Under the pieces are notes generated by a model, which ran no database searches, was not told the DNA's origin, and saw only the letters and a program-made list of their open reading frames with translations. 64,000 bases of DNA. Origin: Patescibacteria group bacterium. GTDB lineage: Bacteria > Patescibacteriota > Patescibacteriia > Patescibacteriales > UBA12465. The translations under genes were made by a program, and so were the position numbers. Of the stretch, positions 26,339-36,075 are shown piece by piece (the first letter of the stretch is position 1; every line of letters starts with the position of its first letter). The DNA is taken from positions 15,750 through 79,749 of the forward strand of contig JBMNOL010000001.1 in the NCBI GenBank assembly GCA_050943055.1, read 5' to 3'.

Positions 26339-27718
26339 ATGATTTACTTACTGTTAGCGAGCCTGGCCTTTCTTATTTTGGCCTGGAAGCGCTTAGATCT
26401 AGCCGTATTACTAATTATTGCCGGCACTCCGCTTTATTTGTGGCGTGGTCAGTTAGCTGGCCTACCGCTGACTTTTTTAGAGATTATGATTTTAGAGGCT
26501 TTTGCTGTTTGGCTTCTAAAAGATGGTCCTCATTTTAAAACTCTCTTAAAAAAAGATTCGGAACGAACACCCTACCCATTCCGCTGGGAAATTATTGCCA
26601 TCCTTTTGGTTTCTTTTGCTGGGGTGATTGTCGCTCAAGTTAGCCCGGCGGCGCTGGGCATTTTTAAAGCTTATTTTTTTGAACCGCTCTTACTTTTCAT
26701 TTTAATTATTAATTTATTTTCTTCCCCGGCCGGACGAAAAAAAATTATCGGCGCCTTAGCAATTTCCGCTTTAGCAGTTTCTCTCTTTGCTATTTTTCAA
26801 CAACTGACTGGTCTTTTTATTGACAATCCTTTTTGGCAAGCAGCAGGCAGTAGACGGGCTACTTCCTTTTTCCCTTATCCCAATGCCGTCGGTTTATTTC
26901 TAGCGCCCTTAGTTCTAATTTTTCTCGGTCACTTAATTAATTATTGGCAGGAACGTTCTTGGGCTTGGAAGGTTTTTTATATTTTAACAATCCTAATCGC
27001 TGTAACTGCGATGGTGGCTGCTCAATCCGAGGGCGCGCTCGTAGGGCTAATTGCCGGGCTCGGAATTTTTGCGCTTCTGGTTAATAAAAAAGTACGCTTA
27101 ATCACAATTATCTCCGGAATACTTTTAGCGCTAATGATTTGGTTCACGCCACCGGTAAAAGATTTTGTCTTAACTAAAGTTTTATTAAAGGATTTATCGG
27201 GTCAAATTCGGCGCCAACAATGGAGTGAAACGATATTAATGTTAAAAGATGGCCGCTTAATTACCGGCGCTGGATTAAGCGCTTATCAAGAAGCAGTTGC
27301 CCCTTATCATCAAGACGGAATTTGGATTAAAACCGATGACCCCAACTGGTTACATGACATCATGTTTACTCCCGGCTTCCGAGAAAAAATGTGGCAGCCG
27401 ACGGAAATCTATCTCTATCCTCATAATATATTCTTGAATTTTTGGAGTGAACTTGGTATTCTTGGCGCTCTGATATTTCTTTGGCTAATTGCTAAAACTC
27501 TGGGTTCGTCGCTAAAATTATTCCGCGAAAAAGATAATTCGGAGCGGTATTTAGCTTTAGGCCTTTTCGGTGCGCTCGTAACCTTAACTATTCATGGCTT
27601 AGTTGATGTCCCCTATTTTAAAAATGATCTCGCTGTCCTTTTTTGGATTTATTTAGCCCTAATTGGCGGCTTAACCTTAAAATCAAATGGAAAAAATCTT
27701 ACAAAAAGTAATCGCTGA
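26339..27718 (+). CDS. O-antigen ligase/polymerase (Wzy_C)-family polytopic membrane protein
   Basis: 459 aa, about 10-12 TM helices, with a large periplasmic loop typical of the O-antigen ligase family. Confidence 0.5.
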   Translation: MIYLLLASLAFLILAWKRLDLAVLLIIAGTPLYLWRGQLAGLPLTFLEIMILEAFAVWLLKDGPHFKTLLKKDSERTPYPFRWEIIAILLVSFAGVIVAQVSPAALGIFKAYFFEPLLLFILIINLFSSPAGRKKIIGALAISALAVSLFAIFQQLTGLFIDNPFWQAAGSRRATSFFPYPNAVGLFLAPLVLIFLGHLINYWQERSWAWKVFYILTILIAVTAMVAAQSEGALVGLIAGLGIFALLVNKKVRLITIISGILLALMIWFTPPVKDFVLTKVLLKDLSGQIRRQQWSETILMLKDGRLITGAGLSAYQEAVAPYHQDGIWIKTDDPNWLHDIMFTPGFREKMWQPTEIYLYPHNIFLNFWSELGILGALIFLWLIAKTLGSSLKLFREKDNSERYLALGLFGALVTLTIHGLVDVPYFKNDLAVLFWIYLALIGGLTLKSNGKNLTKSNR

Positions 27719-28400
27719 ATCTGGTTTTTGTTCCCGCCGGCAAGCGGAAGCGGCCATAAAACGTGGTGAAGTAAAAGTCAACGGAACTTTGGCTAAGCCT
27801 GGAGATTTAGCTTCGCCGACTGATAAAATTACCGTTCGCGGAAAAAAAATTGGCGCTCCGCAAGAAAAAATTTATTTAAAACTTAATAAGCCCAAGGGGT
27901 ATATCTGTACTAATCGCACCTTTGCTAATGAAAAAAATATTTTCTCACTTCTACCTGATAACATTAAGGGTTTATTTGCTGTCGGCCGCTTAGATAAAAA
28001 TAGCCAAGGTTTAATTATCTTAACTAATGATGGCGACTTAACCTTAAAGCTAACGCATCCGCGCTCCGGTCATACCAAGATCTATGAAGTAAAAACCCGA
28101 CCGAACCTGGAAGAAAAAATTATTAAAAGAATTCAGAATAATTTTATTAGCGGTATTCCTTTTGAAGAAGAGGAAGCTATTGCTAAAGCCCAAAAGGTTA
28201 CTTATTTAGGCGAAGGTGCTTTTGAGGTAGTCTTAGCCGAAGGGAAAAAGCGCCAAATCAGAAGAATGTTTGAAGCTTGTGGCGTAAAAGTTTCCAACCT
28301 TAAAAGAACAACTTTTGCCGGCCTGAAATTGGGCGGTTTAGCGGAAGGACAATGGGGCTACTTAAGCAAAGATGAGGTTGCCAAACTGCGCGGCTTATAA
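27687..28400 (+). CDS. pseudouridine synthase, RsuA/RluB family (S4 domain plus catalytic domain)
   Basis: S4 domain MEKILQKVIAESGFCSRRQAEAAIKRGEVKVNG. Catalytic motif GRLDKNSQGLIILTNDGDL with the conserved Asp. Confidence 0.85.
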   Translation: MEKILQKVIAESGFCSRRQAEAAIKRGEVKVNGTLAKPGDLASPTDKITVRGKKIGAPQEKIYLKLNKPKGYICTNRTFANEKNIFSLLPDNIKGLFAVGRLDKNSQGLIILTNDGDLTLKLTHPRSGHTKIYEVKTRPNLEEKIIKRIQNNFISGIPFEEEEAIAKAQKVTYLGEGAFEVVLAEGKKRQIRRMFEACGVKVSNLKRTTFAGLKLGGLAEGQWGYLSKDEVAKLRGL

Positions 28401-28418
28401 TAAGATAAAGGCGCTTAA

Positions 28419-28512
28419 GGAGGAGTCGCATAGCCCGGTTGATTGCGCCGCATTCGAAACGCGGTATACCCGTCAAAAGGTATCAAGGGTTCGAATCCCT
28501 TCTCCTCCGCCA
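28419..28512 (+). tRNA. tRNA-Ser (anticodon CGA), long variable arm, CCA encoded
   Basis: Acceptor GGAGGAG/CTCCTCC, anticodon loop TTCGAAA, variable-arm hairpin, T-arm AGGG-TTCGAAT-CCCT. Discriminator G is typical of tRNA-Ser. Confidence 0.8.
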
Positions 28513-28819
28513 AATTAAAACCTAATAAAATAAGAGTCTTTACCAGTTGACCAATGAGCATCAGAATAAGCGACCAGCTAATTCTGGTTTTCAAAATATG
28601 CGCATTTGGGATATACCAACAAAATCACTGTGCCATAAACATCTTTTCGCCGAACCAGCCGGAAGCAAAGACAAACAAGATATAAAAATTGATACCATCG
28701 CCAAACAAAAAGAACTCCTCAATAACAAGCCCTGCACTTGTAAATTTATCCCTCACCAAAAAAATAGCCACTAACAAAGGCCGAGCTAGTATTTAAATTA
28801 TTATTTAATATTTAAAAAT

Positions 28820-29137
28820 ATGAAAAAAAATACCCTTATTAAACAAGGCCTTCTCTACGCCTTCGGGGTTGTTGTCTATGTTTCACTCTTAAGCCTCTTT
28901 ATGGAAAATGCTTCCGGCTGGTTCGGCGAAAAGGATGTTAGGGTAATAACTCCAGTGGCCGTTCTTTTGCTCTTTATTTTCTCCGCCTTAATCACTGGCG
29001 GCCTGGTTCTCGGAAAACCAATTTTACTTTATCTTGAGGGAAAGAAAAAAGAGGGCCTCGGTCAATTATTATCTACCGGCCTGAGCCTGTTTATCTTTCT
29101 CCTAATTGTTTTTTTGCTATTGTGGCTACAAAAATAA
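28820..29137 (+). CDS. small membrane protein (3 predicted TM helices)
   Basis: 105 aa, ATG start, hydrophobic helices, no homology recognised. Confidence 0.45.
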   Translation: MKKNTLIKQGLLYAFGVVVYVSLLSLFMENASGWFGEKDVRVITPVAVLLLFIFSALITGGLVLGKPILLYLEGKKKEGLGQLLSTGLSLFIFLLIVFLLLWLQK

Positions 29138-29364
29138 ACATTAATCCTATTTTTTAATAACCCCTAAAAAACACCCTCAGTAGTGTTTTTGTTTTTGTAA
29201 AAACGCCTTAAGTGCGATACAATTTAATTAGAGCTAGAGGCGGCACTAATCTTTTGAGGATGTTACTTTCAGAAATAACTAGAGCCTACTATAATATCAC
29301 AACCCCTTGTGAGCGCTGGACGCTTCAATTAACAAAAATTTTACAAATTATAAAAAATAAAAGT

Positions 29365-30252
29365 ATGAAAAAACTAGGCACTCTCCTTATTTTATTGATT
29401 GTTTTTTTAGTTGCCTCTTTTATTATTATCCAGCAAAAAAACAACAGTAGTATAACTATTCTCTGGCCTAACGGTGGAGAAACTATCGAGGCGGGATCAA
29501 CTCAAATAATTAATTGGGGAACAAAAAACATCCCCGAAGGAAACAAAATTTCAATTTCCATCAAACGGGTTCTTACCGCTGATGAGGTGGTTGAAGAGCA
29601 AGAATTTGATCCGCTACTTTTTGTCGGCCTAGAAAATACTGGCACTATCGAATGGGAAGTGTCTGAGAGTTATCCTGAAGGTGATTATATATTAGAAATT
29701 AACAGCTACGAATCCTTACCGATGACTAACCCAATTAGCGATGAAAGTGACGCTGCTTTTAAAATTACTAAAAGTAATACCGTCGCCGATGACAGCTGGC
29801 TAACTTACAAAAACGAGAATTTTTCTTACCAAATAGATTATCCCCACAACCTGACCTTAAGAGAGTTTTCAGAAACAGGAACAGGGGCGGGTTTTATCAT
29901 CACTGATCAAGATCCAATTGACTGCCTGACGGTCTCGGCAAGAACCGCAGTCGGCCCGAAAGCTGAATTAACTTTTGACGATTATGTTAAGGAGGCGGCG
30001 ATTCAAGAAATTCAAGGCGTAACTGAATTAAATTCCATTGAAACTATTACTACTAATACTGGCGATTCGGTTTACAAAACCACCTGGAATTATAAAATGA
30101 CCGGTGACAATCAAGATAAAAATTTAGCAATTACTTACCTTGAAGGCCCAGGAATAGTGGGCGCTGAAAACTACAAGACTATTCAGTTAACTTTAAATGA
30201 TTCTCGCTGCGAAGATATCTATAACCAAATGTTGTTAACTCTTAGCAAATAA
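29365..30252 (+). CDS. secreted/membrane-anchored protein of unknown function
   Basis: Start moved to the ATG at 29365 (MKKLGTLLILLIVFLVASFIIIQ signal anchor). The track ORF began at a GTG at 29212. A bidirectional terminator sits at 30272-30302. Confidence 0.55.
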   Translation: MKKLGTLLILLIVFLVASFIIIQQKNNSSITILWPNGGETIEAGSTQIINWGTKNIPEGNKISISIKRVLTADEVVEEQEFDPLLFVGLENTGTIEWEVSESYPEGDYILEINSYESLPMTNPISDESDAAFKITKSNTVADDSWLTYKNENFSYQIDYPHNLTLREFSETGTGAGFIITDQDPIDCLTVSARTAVGPKAELTFDDYVKEAAIQEIQGVTELNSIETITTNTGDSVYKTTWNYKMTGDNQDKNLAITYLEGPGIVGAENYKTIQLTLNDSRCEDIYNQMLLTLSK

Positions 30253-30271
30253 AAACGTCAACGACAGATAA

Positions 30272-30302
30272 AAAACCCTTCATATTATATGAAGGGTTTT
30301 TG
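30272..30302. terminator. bidirectional terminator
   Basis: AAAACCCTTCATAT/ATATGAAGGGTTTT perfect palindrome between convergent genes. Confidence 0.75.
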
Positions 30303-30305
30303 TGT

Positions 30306-31109
30306 TTACAACACTGTTTCACCGTCCCACTCTTCGATCACATCAAAAGTGATTTTAGCACCGCCAAGATCCGAGCCATCACTGTTACCGCCGAGGAGTT
30401 TAGTAATTACTTTATATCTCCGGTTTGGTTGGATATTAACAGTGCGAGAATAGCGATCATAATCTTGGTTAGATAAATTAGAGTGAAGAGTAACCTCAAT
30501 CTTTACGTTTTCCGCCGGAAAAACGAAATTAAAGTTGTTATCACCGGTAACTGCTGTCCATTTTTTAGACGAGGAAAAATTCCAGGTGGTTAAATCTAAA
30601 GAAGTTGGTGAAGAAACACTCGCTTTAATCGTAATCCAGGGAAATAATTTTAAGCCGTCACTTTTGATAATTTCAATTGCCGAAACCATTCTTTTTAACA
30701 CTACGGTGACTTCCGTGCCTGTTTCTAAAACATTAAGGGCGTAATCGGTGTGGTAAAAATGTTGAGAGCTTAAATCTGTAATTAGCAAAGGGTTTTTATA
30801 GGTTTCTGAACAAACAAACCGGCAATTATAATTGCCTGGGAAAAGCTCCAAATTCAACCCCTGGCTTCTTTGGCAATCACCTTCTAGAGCAATTTTTCCA
30901 GAAGTAGCCTCAGTAATTACATAATGCAAGTTTTGTGGAGCAGCTGTTTCGCTCATAGCCGAACGTAAACCGCCTTCTTCCACCACCAATCCACTGAAAC
31001 TAAATTTAACAGGAACCTTTTTAGTCAACTCTGGAATCTCATCTTTAGAACAAGACACCAAAAATACTAAACAAACTAATAATACATTTCTTGCATTGTT
31101 TTTTTTCAT
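30306..31109 (-). CDS. lipoprotein of unknown function
   Basis: Lipobox MKKNNARNVLLVCLVFLVSCSKD with a Cys after LVS. Beta-rich mature domain. Confidence 0.55.
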   Translation of the reverse strand: MKKNNARNVLLVCLVFLVSCSKDEIPELTKKVPVKFSFSGLVVEEGGLRSAMSETAAPQNLHYVITEATSGKIALEGDCQRSQGLNLELFPGNYNCRFVCSETYKNPLLITDLSSQHFYHTDYALNVLETGTEVTVVLKRMVSAIEIIKSDGLKLFPWITIKASVSSPTSLDLTTWNFSSSKKWTAVTGDNNFNFVFPAENVKIEVTLHSNLSNQDYDRYSRTVNIQPNRRYKVITKLLGGNSDGSDLGGAKITFDVIEEWDGETVL

Positions 31110-31351
31110 TTCTTAAATTATTTTTTTTCTAGACCAGAATTAGTCGTAGCTAAAAAACCTCAAATACTTCAGGCCTTATAGCTACTACCAAGGGTCTAGC
31201 GCTTGTTAAAGAACTAAAAAACCTTATTCAAGATAGCAAAATAAAATGATTTAGTCAACCCCCACGGTTGCTTTCAAGCACCCTTAATTTAACTGCACAG
31301 CAGCAAGAACCAAAAAACACTCCCGTTTGGGGAGTATTTTAATTATTATTT

Positions 31352-31969
31352 TTAATAGCCCAAACTTTCCTTAACAATTAAGACACGCACCTTTCGGCCC
31401 ATAAAATTAGGTTCTCGATTTAAGAGCAAGACTTTAGAAGGATAAGTGCCAACTCCTTGAGTGGCTTGCATCCGCTCTTCCTCTAAAGGAATTACATGTT
31501 CCTCTAAGCGCTTCCAAGCCTCCGAGACTGTGGGTACAATCTTTTGAGAGCCAACTACTAAAATTAAATTATTAGAAGTGGAAACTAGGTGTGGTAATTG
31601 GCTGCCGGAATTAGAAGCAATTAGAAGCTCCCCATCTTCGGTTAGAGCGTGAACTGAGCCTAAATAAAATTCGGACACCAAGGCTTGTTTTCTCATTTCC
31701 TGCTGTTCGGTGGGATCGCTAATCGCTAAAATATCGGCATGTAAATTTTTCCAACCATGCTCACCACTTTTTAAATAATCAACAAAACCGATTTCTTCCA
31801 AAGTGCGGGAAGAGCCATTCATCACTGAAGATTCAGGAGTAATTAATTCTTTAATTCTTTCAAGAGCCGCCTCCTTGGTGTTTATTAATTCTGGTAAAAA
31901 TCCGCGCTCCTTCAAAGCGCCCATTGTTTTTTCAACTACCTGCGGAGAAGCTAAATTATTATAAGTCAT
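31352..31969 (-). CDS. LUD-domain (YkgG/LutC-like, DUF162) protein
   Basis: 205 aa with LUD-domain-like blocks (GSVHALTEDGELLIASNSGSQL...LILVVGSQKIVPT). A terminator follows on the minus strand at about 31318-31350. Confidence 0.5.
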   Translation of the reverse strand: MTYNNLASPQVVEKTMGALKERGFLPELINTKEAALERIKELITPESSVMNGSSRTLEEIGFVDYLKSGEHGWKNLHADILAISDPTEQQEMRKQALVSEFYLGSVHALTEDGELLIASNSGSQLPHLVSTSNNLILVVGSQKIVPTVSEAWKRLEEHVIPLEEERMQATQGVGTYPSKVLLLNREPNFMGRKVRVLIVKESLGY

Positions 31970-32095
31970 ATTTGTTTTATTTTAAATTTTTCTAAAGACT
32001 GTCTTTCAGTATATACCCCCTGGGGGTATTAGTCAAGAGAAAGACTTCTAATCGGCCCTTAATAAAAGCTCAGGAATAAATCCTGAGCTAAAGGG

Positions 32096-32169
32096 CGGAA
32101 TGGACGGGACTCGAACCCGCGACCTCCTGCGTGACAGGCAGGCGCTCTAACCAGCTGAGCTACCACTCC
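32096..32169 (-). tRNA. tRNA-Asp (anticodon GUC)
   Basis: Reverse complement GGAGTGGTAGCTCAGCTGGTTAGAGCGCCTGCCTGTCACGCAGGAGGTCGCGGGTTCGAGTCCCGTCCATTCCG with discriminator G. A terminator hairpin GCTCAGGA-ataaa-TCCTGAGC lies downstream on the minus strand. Confidence 0.85.
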
Positions 32170-32331
32170 TAATTTTTGAAAAAAGGCCGCCTTCTTAGAA
32201 GTCGGCAAAGAAATGATAGCAAAAGAATCTTTGCCTTGTCAAACCCCTTTTTTTATCCTACAATAATTTTGTTCTTGATCTAACTCTTTTTATAATAAAA
32301 GCGATTTTTTCAAGAACTTAGTCTAAAATAT

Positions 32332-32715
32332 ATGGAAAAAGAACTGACTCCACAAGAGATTGAAAAAATCAAAAAAAACCTAAGCGCCCGACGCGCCGAG
32401 TTGATGGCGGACATGGAGGAAAAATCTCGACTAAACCCCAACGAGGCCGATAATTTGAGCTCTAAATTTCCGGAATACGGCGACAAACCGGATGAAAATG
32501 CCCAAGAGATAATGGATTATTCCACTGATTTAGCGACTGAGCAAATTTTAGAAAAAACTTTAATTGAAATTGATGGTGCTTTAAAGAGAATTGAAAATGG
32601 AACTTATGGCATCTGCCGTTACTGTAAAAAACCCATTGGCGCTAAACGTCTAATGGCTCGTCCAGTAGCTAGTTCTTGTATTTCCTGCAAAACCGAGCTC
32701 CAAGAAAATGAATAA
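32332..32715 (+). CDS. DksA/TraR-family C4 zinc-finger protein
   Basis: CRYCKKPIGAKRLMARPVASSCISC, a C-x2-C-x17-C-x2-C finger at the C-terminus, with an N-terminal coiled-coil. Confidence 0.7.
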   Translation: MEKELTPQEIEKIKKNLSARRAELMADMEEKSRLNPNEADNLSSKFPEYGDKPDENAQEIMDYSTDLATEQILEKTLIEIDGALKRIENGTYGICRYCKKPIGAKRLMARPVASSCISCKTELQENE

Positions 32716-33187
32716 AATACTCGCTAGAGATAAATTTAGCCATATAGCCTGGTTTCTAACCTTGGCTATATTTTTTTTAAGCGACCGGTGGTTTAAGCGT
32801 TTAAGCTTGAGCGAAATTGACCTTGTTTTGATTCCTGAATTTTTAAATTTTAAATTTTTCGCTAACAAAAACATCGCCTTTTCTCTACCCCTTGAGGGCG
32901 CCTGGCTTACTTTTATTATTACCTTAATTATAGGCTTTTTACTTTTTTATTTTCTCCGTTTTTACTGGGACTTAAATAAGACAACATTTTTTGGCTTAGA
33001 AGCTGTGATTACTGGCGCCTTAAGTAATTTAATTGACCGCTTTACCCATGGTTTTGTGATTGATTATCTCAATTTAAGGTACTTTACCATCTTTAATGTA
33101 GCCGATATTTTAATTGTGAGCGGAACAGTTCTTATCTTTTGGGGGCTAATAAAAGAAAATCGACAAAACGCGAATCAACTTAAATAG
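32708..33187 (+). CDS. lspA: lipoprotein signal peptidase (signal peptidase II)
   Basis: Four TM helices with conserved NLIDR and FNVADILIVSG motifs. Confidence 0.8.
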   Translation: MNKILARDKFSHIAWFLTLAIFFLSDRWFKRLSLSEIDLVLIPEFLNFKFFANKNIAFSLPLEGAWLTFIITLIIGFLLFYFLRFYWDLNKTTFFGLEAVITGALSNLIDRFTHGFVIDYLNLRYFTIFNVADILIVSGTVLIFWGLIKENRQNANQLK

Positions 33188-33611
33188 TTTGTTTTTTTTG
33201 ATAAATTTTGAGCTCTCGTCCCGCGGCCGTATTTTTAAATTTAACCTTTATTGCTCCGCGCGGTTTTAAATCAACAACCAAGTCGGCCCATTCAATAACC
33301 GTGACGGTTGTTGGTGAATTTAAATAGTCTTTAATTCCCAGATCTAATAAATCTTGAGCGGACTGTAGACGATAAGCATCAACATGGCATAGATTAAGAC
33401 GACGCCCCTCATAAATCTTCATGATATTAAAGGTTGGGCTAGTAACCACACTCTTAACACCAAGGCCGCGGGCCAACCCCTTAGTTAAGTAGGTTTTGCC
33501 GGCCCCTAATTCACCAACTAATAAAAAAACCTCGCCTCCACGACAAGTCGCCCCCAGGCGCCTCCCCAAAGATTCTGTCTCCTCGGGGGTTTTGGTGATT
33601 ATTTTCTCCAT
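33180..33611 (-). CDS. tsaE: tRNA threonylcarbamoyladenosine biosynthesis protein TsaE (YjeE ATPase)
   Basis: P-loop GELGAGKTYLTKGLARGLGV and SPTFNIMKIY. Confidence 0.85.
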   Translation of the reverse strand: MEKIITKTPEETESLGRRLGATCRGGEVFLLVGELGAGKTYLTKGLARGLGVKSVVTSPTFNIMKIYEGRRLNLCHVDAYRLQSAQDLLDLGIKDYLNSPTTVTVIEWADLVVDLKPRGAIKVKFKNTAAGRELKIYQKKQTI

Positions 33612-33662
33612 AATTAATGTTACTTTTAGAAACAGTCTCTGTCTATTATAATAGAATAAGTT

Positions 33663-34199
33663 ATGGCCAGCAACTTTAATTCAACCACGACTACCGCCGC
33701 TTTTGACAAGCTGTACGCGGATTACATTGAAGCTATTTACAACTTCTTGTTTTATAAAACTTTAAACCGCGAGACGGCCGCTGATTTAACCCAAGAAGTA
33801 TTTTTAAAAGCCTGGCGGAGTTTAGAAAAAGCTCAAGTTAAAAATCCTAAGGCCTGGCTCTACACTATCAGCCGTCACACCGTAGCTGATTACTACAAAA
33901 ACTTAAAACCCCAAGCAAATATTGATGATTTTTGGGACCTGGCTGATTCTAACGACCTTTTAGAAAAACTTGATCAGAAATTAGCGGGGGAGAAAGTCGT
34001 TCAGACTTTAAAAAGTTTATCGAGCAGTGATCGCGACCTTCTAATTATGCGTTTTTGGTTGGACTTACCCTTTGCCGAAATTGCACTTCATTTAGACAAG
34101 AAAGAAGGAGCGGTTAAAATGGCTTGCGCGCGTGCCCTTAAAAAAATGCAAGCCGAGGTGCCGCTGATTTGTTTCTTACTCTTAGCGACTCAACTATGA
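33663..34199 (+). CDS. ECF-type sigma-70 family factor
   Basis: Region 2 (DLTQEVFLKAWRSL) and region 4 HTH (DRDLLIMRFWLDLPFAEIALHLDKKEGAVKMACARALKKM). Confidence 0.85.
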   Translation: MASNFNSTTTTAAFDKLYADYIEAIYNFLFYKTLNRETAADLTQEVFLKAWRSLEKAQVKNPKAWLYTISRHTVADYYKNLKPQANIDDFWDLADSNDLLEKLDQKLAGEKVVQTLKSLSSSDRDLLIMRFWLDLPFAEIALHLDKKEGAVKMACARALKKMQAEVPLICFLLLATQL

Positions 34200-35824
34200 A
34201 ATCTATGACTACAAAAAAAATAAGCCAATGGTTGGAAGAATTATATGAATTTGACCCGGGCCTAAAAGAACACGAAACGGCTTTACGCCGATTAATTCCC
34301 GAAATGATTGCCGCTAAACCTGAATCTGGTTTTAGCCCCGAATTAGCTCAAAAAATTAAAACTCGCCTCGAGCGAGACCTTAAAAAAATTAATTATAAAC
34401 CTATGCCCGAAAAAAGAATGCCTATTTGGCGGCCAATCTTAGTTTGGTCAACCGGGGTAATGGCGATGCTCTTTTTAGCCATCACCATCTACCAAGTTAT
34501 ACCTAGTAGTAATATTCAGTTAGCGACCAAAAATCCAGAAACGGGAATTAAGAAAGTGGCCGCCTCCGCTTTTGGCCCTTTAAACTCTCAAGGAGGTTCT
34601 ACTGTTGCCGATGCCCGAACCGTCGGTGGTTTAGGTGGTAACAATAATGCTGTTAGTCAAAGTGCCCCTCTAACAAAAGAATTATTGGTAACCACTTCAG
34701 AGACCCTAATAACTGCTGCTGAGCCGGTAGCAACCATGGAAGCCGATGCGCTCACCTCCTTAGATGCGGTGGGGATGGGTAGTGGCGGTTCAGAATTTAG
34801 TCAAGAAAAAATGATGATCATGCCGATTACTAATTATCGCTTTAGCTACCAAGGCGAACCTTTGGACTTAAGTAATATTAGTAATACTGTTTATAAGCGT
34901 ATCAAAGGCCAAAATGGTTTTGCTGTAGCCGGTCTACTTAGCGGTTTAAAAATTGACACCATCAATTTAAACTCTTTAACTAACCTTAAAGCAACCTACC
35001 TTTCCTTAGCTGAAGATAAGCCTTTTGGTTTAACCGCTTCTTTTGATTTTAATGAAGATTCTGTTTCTCTTTATTCAAATTGGGAGAGATGGAGAAATCC
35101 CGAGAGAGATAATTGTCAGGACGAAACCTGCTGGAACCGTTTTCGAGTTAAATATGAAGATATCCCGGAAGATTCAGTCGCTATCGCCGCTACTACAGAA
35201 TTCTTAAATAATCTCGGTGTTGATCTTAGTCATTACGGGGAACCGAGTGTCAATAATTATTGGCGCCAGTGGTACGATCAGACTGAAGATAAAGCTAATT
35301 ATTATTTCCCGGAAACAGTAAGTGTGACCTACCCCTTATTAATTGAAGGGCAAGAAGTAAGCAACTCTTCCGGTGAACCAGATGGTCTTTTGGTTAGTTA
35401 CAATATTTTAGAAAAGAGAGTTTCTGATGCGGGCGCTTTCACTCCTTATAATTACGAAGCCTCGGAATACACCACTGAAACTAACTCTGATCGTTTAATT
35501 GGCTTAGCCGAAGCTGGGGGTTGGAACCAATCCGGTTATTACTTTGATCAAGGGGCAGAAGGGGTAGAAGTGATTAATAAAGAATTAGGTTTAGGTACTC
35601 CTCGGACAGGGCTGATTCGCTTCTGGAGCTATCAGAATAATACCAGTCAGGAATTATTTGCTCCCGCTTTAATCTTCCCTGTTCTTAATGCTCCGGCCGA
35701 CTACTATGGCTCAAAAAATATTGTTGTCCCGCTAACTGAAGACCTAATCACTGAAGTAGAGGAAAGAAACAACCAATACAATAATGTCGTAAAACCAATG
35801 CCGGCAATTGACTTGGCTCGTTAA
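34196..35824 (+). CDS. putative anti-sigma factor: single-pass membrane protein with ~460-aa extracytoplasmic domain
   Basis: The ATGA start overlaps the sigma-factor stop. The track ORF began at a TTG at 34169. One TM helix lies at residues ~80-100, followed by a large Ser/Thr/Asn-rich ectodomain. Confidence 0.5.
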   Translation: MKSMTTKKISQWLEELYEFDPGLKEHETALRRLIPEMIAAKPESGFSPELAQKIKTRLERDLKKINYKPMPEKRMPIWRPILVWSTGVMAMLFLAITIYQVIPSSNIQLATKNPETGIKKVAASAFGPLNSQGGSTVADARTVGGLGGNNNAVSQSAPLTKELLVTTSETLITAAEPVATMEADALTSLDAVGMGSGGSEFSQEKMMIMPITNYRFSYQGEPLDLSNISNTVYKRIKGQNGFAVAGLLSGLKIDTINLNSLTNLKATYLSLAEDKPFGLTASFDFNEDSVSLYSNWERWRNPERDNCQDETCWNRFRVKYEDIPEDSVAIAATTEFLNNLGVDLSHYGEPSVNNYWRQWYDQTEDKANYYFPETVSVTYPLLIEGQEVSNSSGEPDGLLVSYNILEKRVSDAGAFTPYNYEASEYTTETNSDRLIGLAEAGGWNQSGYYFDQGAEGVEVINKELGLGTPRTGLIRFWSYQNNTSQELFAPALIFPVLNAPADYYGSKNIVVPLTEDLITEVEERNNQYNNVVKPMPAIDLAR

Positions 35825-35852
35825 AAGGTATTAGCAAAATAGTTAACAAAAA

Positions 35853-35879
35853 AGACAGATTATTAATCTGTCTTTTTTT
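35853..35879. terminator. bidirectional terminator
   Basis: AGACAGATTA/TAATCTGTCT palindrome with flanking A-run and T-run. Confidence 0.75.
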
Positions 35880-35884
35880 ATAAG

Positions 35885-35958
35885 TGGGCGCACAAGGACT
35901 CGAACCCTGGACCCCTTCGGTGTAAACGAAGTGCTCTAACCAACTGAGCTATGCGCCC
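35885..35958 (-). tRNA. tRNA-Val (anticodon UAC)
   Basis: Reverse complement GGGCGCATAGCTCAGTTGGTTAGAGCACTTCGTTTACACCGAAGGGGTCCAGGGTTCGAGTCCTTGTGCGCCCA. Confidence 0.85.
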
Positions 35959-35969
35959 TTAAATAAGGG

Positions 35970-36053
35970 TGGGCGAAAGAGGATTTGAACCTCCACGGCC
36001 TTGCGGCCACAAGCCCCTCAAGCTTGCGTGTCTACCAATTTCACCATCCGCCC
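35970..36053 (-). tRNA. tRNA-Leu (anticodon GAG), long variable arm
   Basis: Reverse complement GGGCGGATGGTGAAATTGGTAGACACGCAAGCTTGAGGGGCTTGTGGCCGCAAGGCCGTGGAGGTTCAAATCCTCTTTCGCCCA with discriminator A. Confidence 0.8.
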
Positions 36054-36075
36054 CCTCGCCCTTTCTTATTAAAAA

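Noticed and set aside
28547-28774. 75-aa ORF after tRNA-Ser
   Set aside because: It starts at TTG immediately after the tRNA and has no coding signals.
29212-29364. N-terminal extension of ORF 29212-30252
   Set aside because: GTG start with no RBS. ATG 29365 begins a canonical signal anchor.
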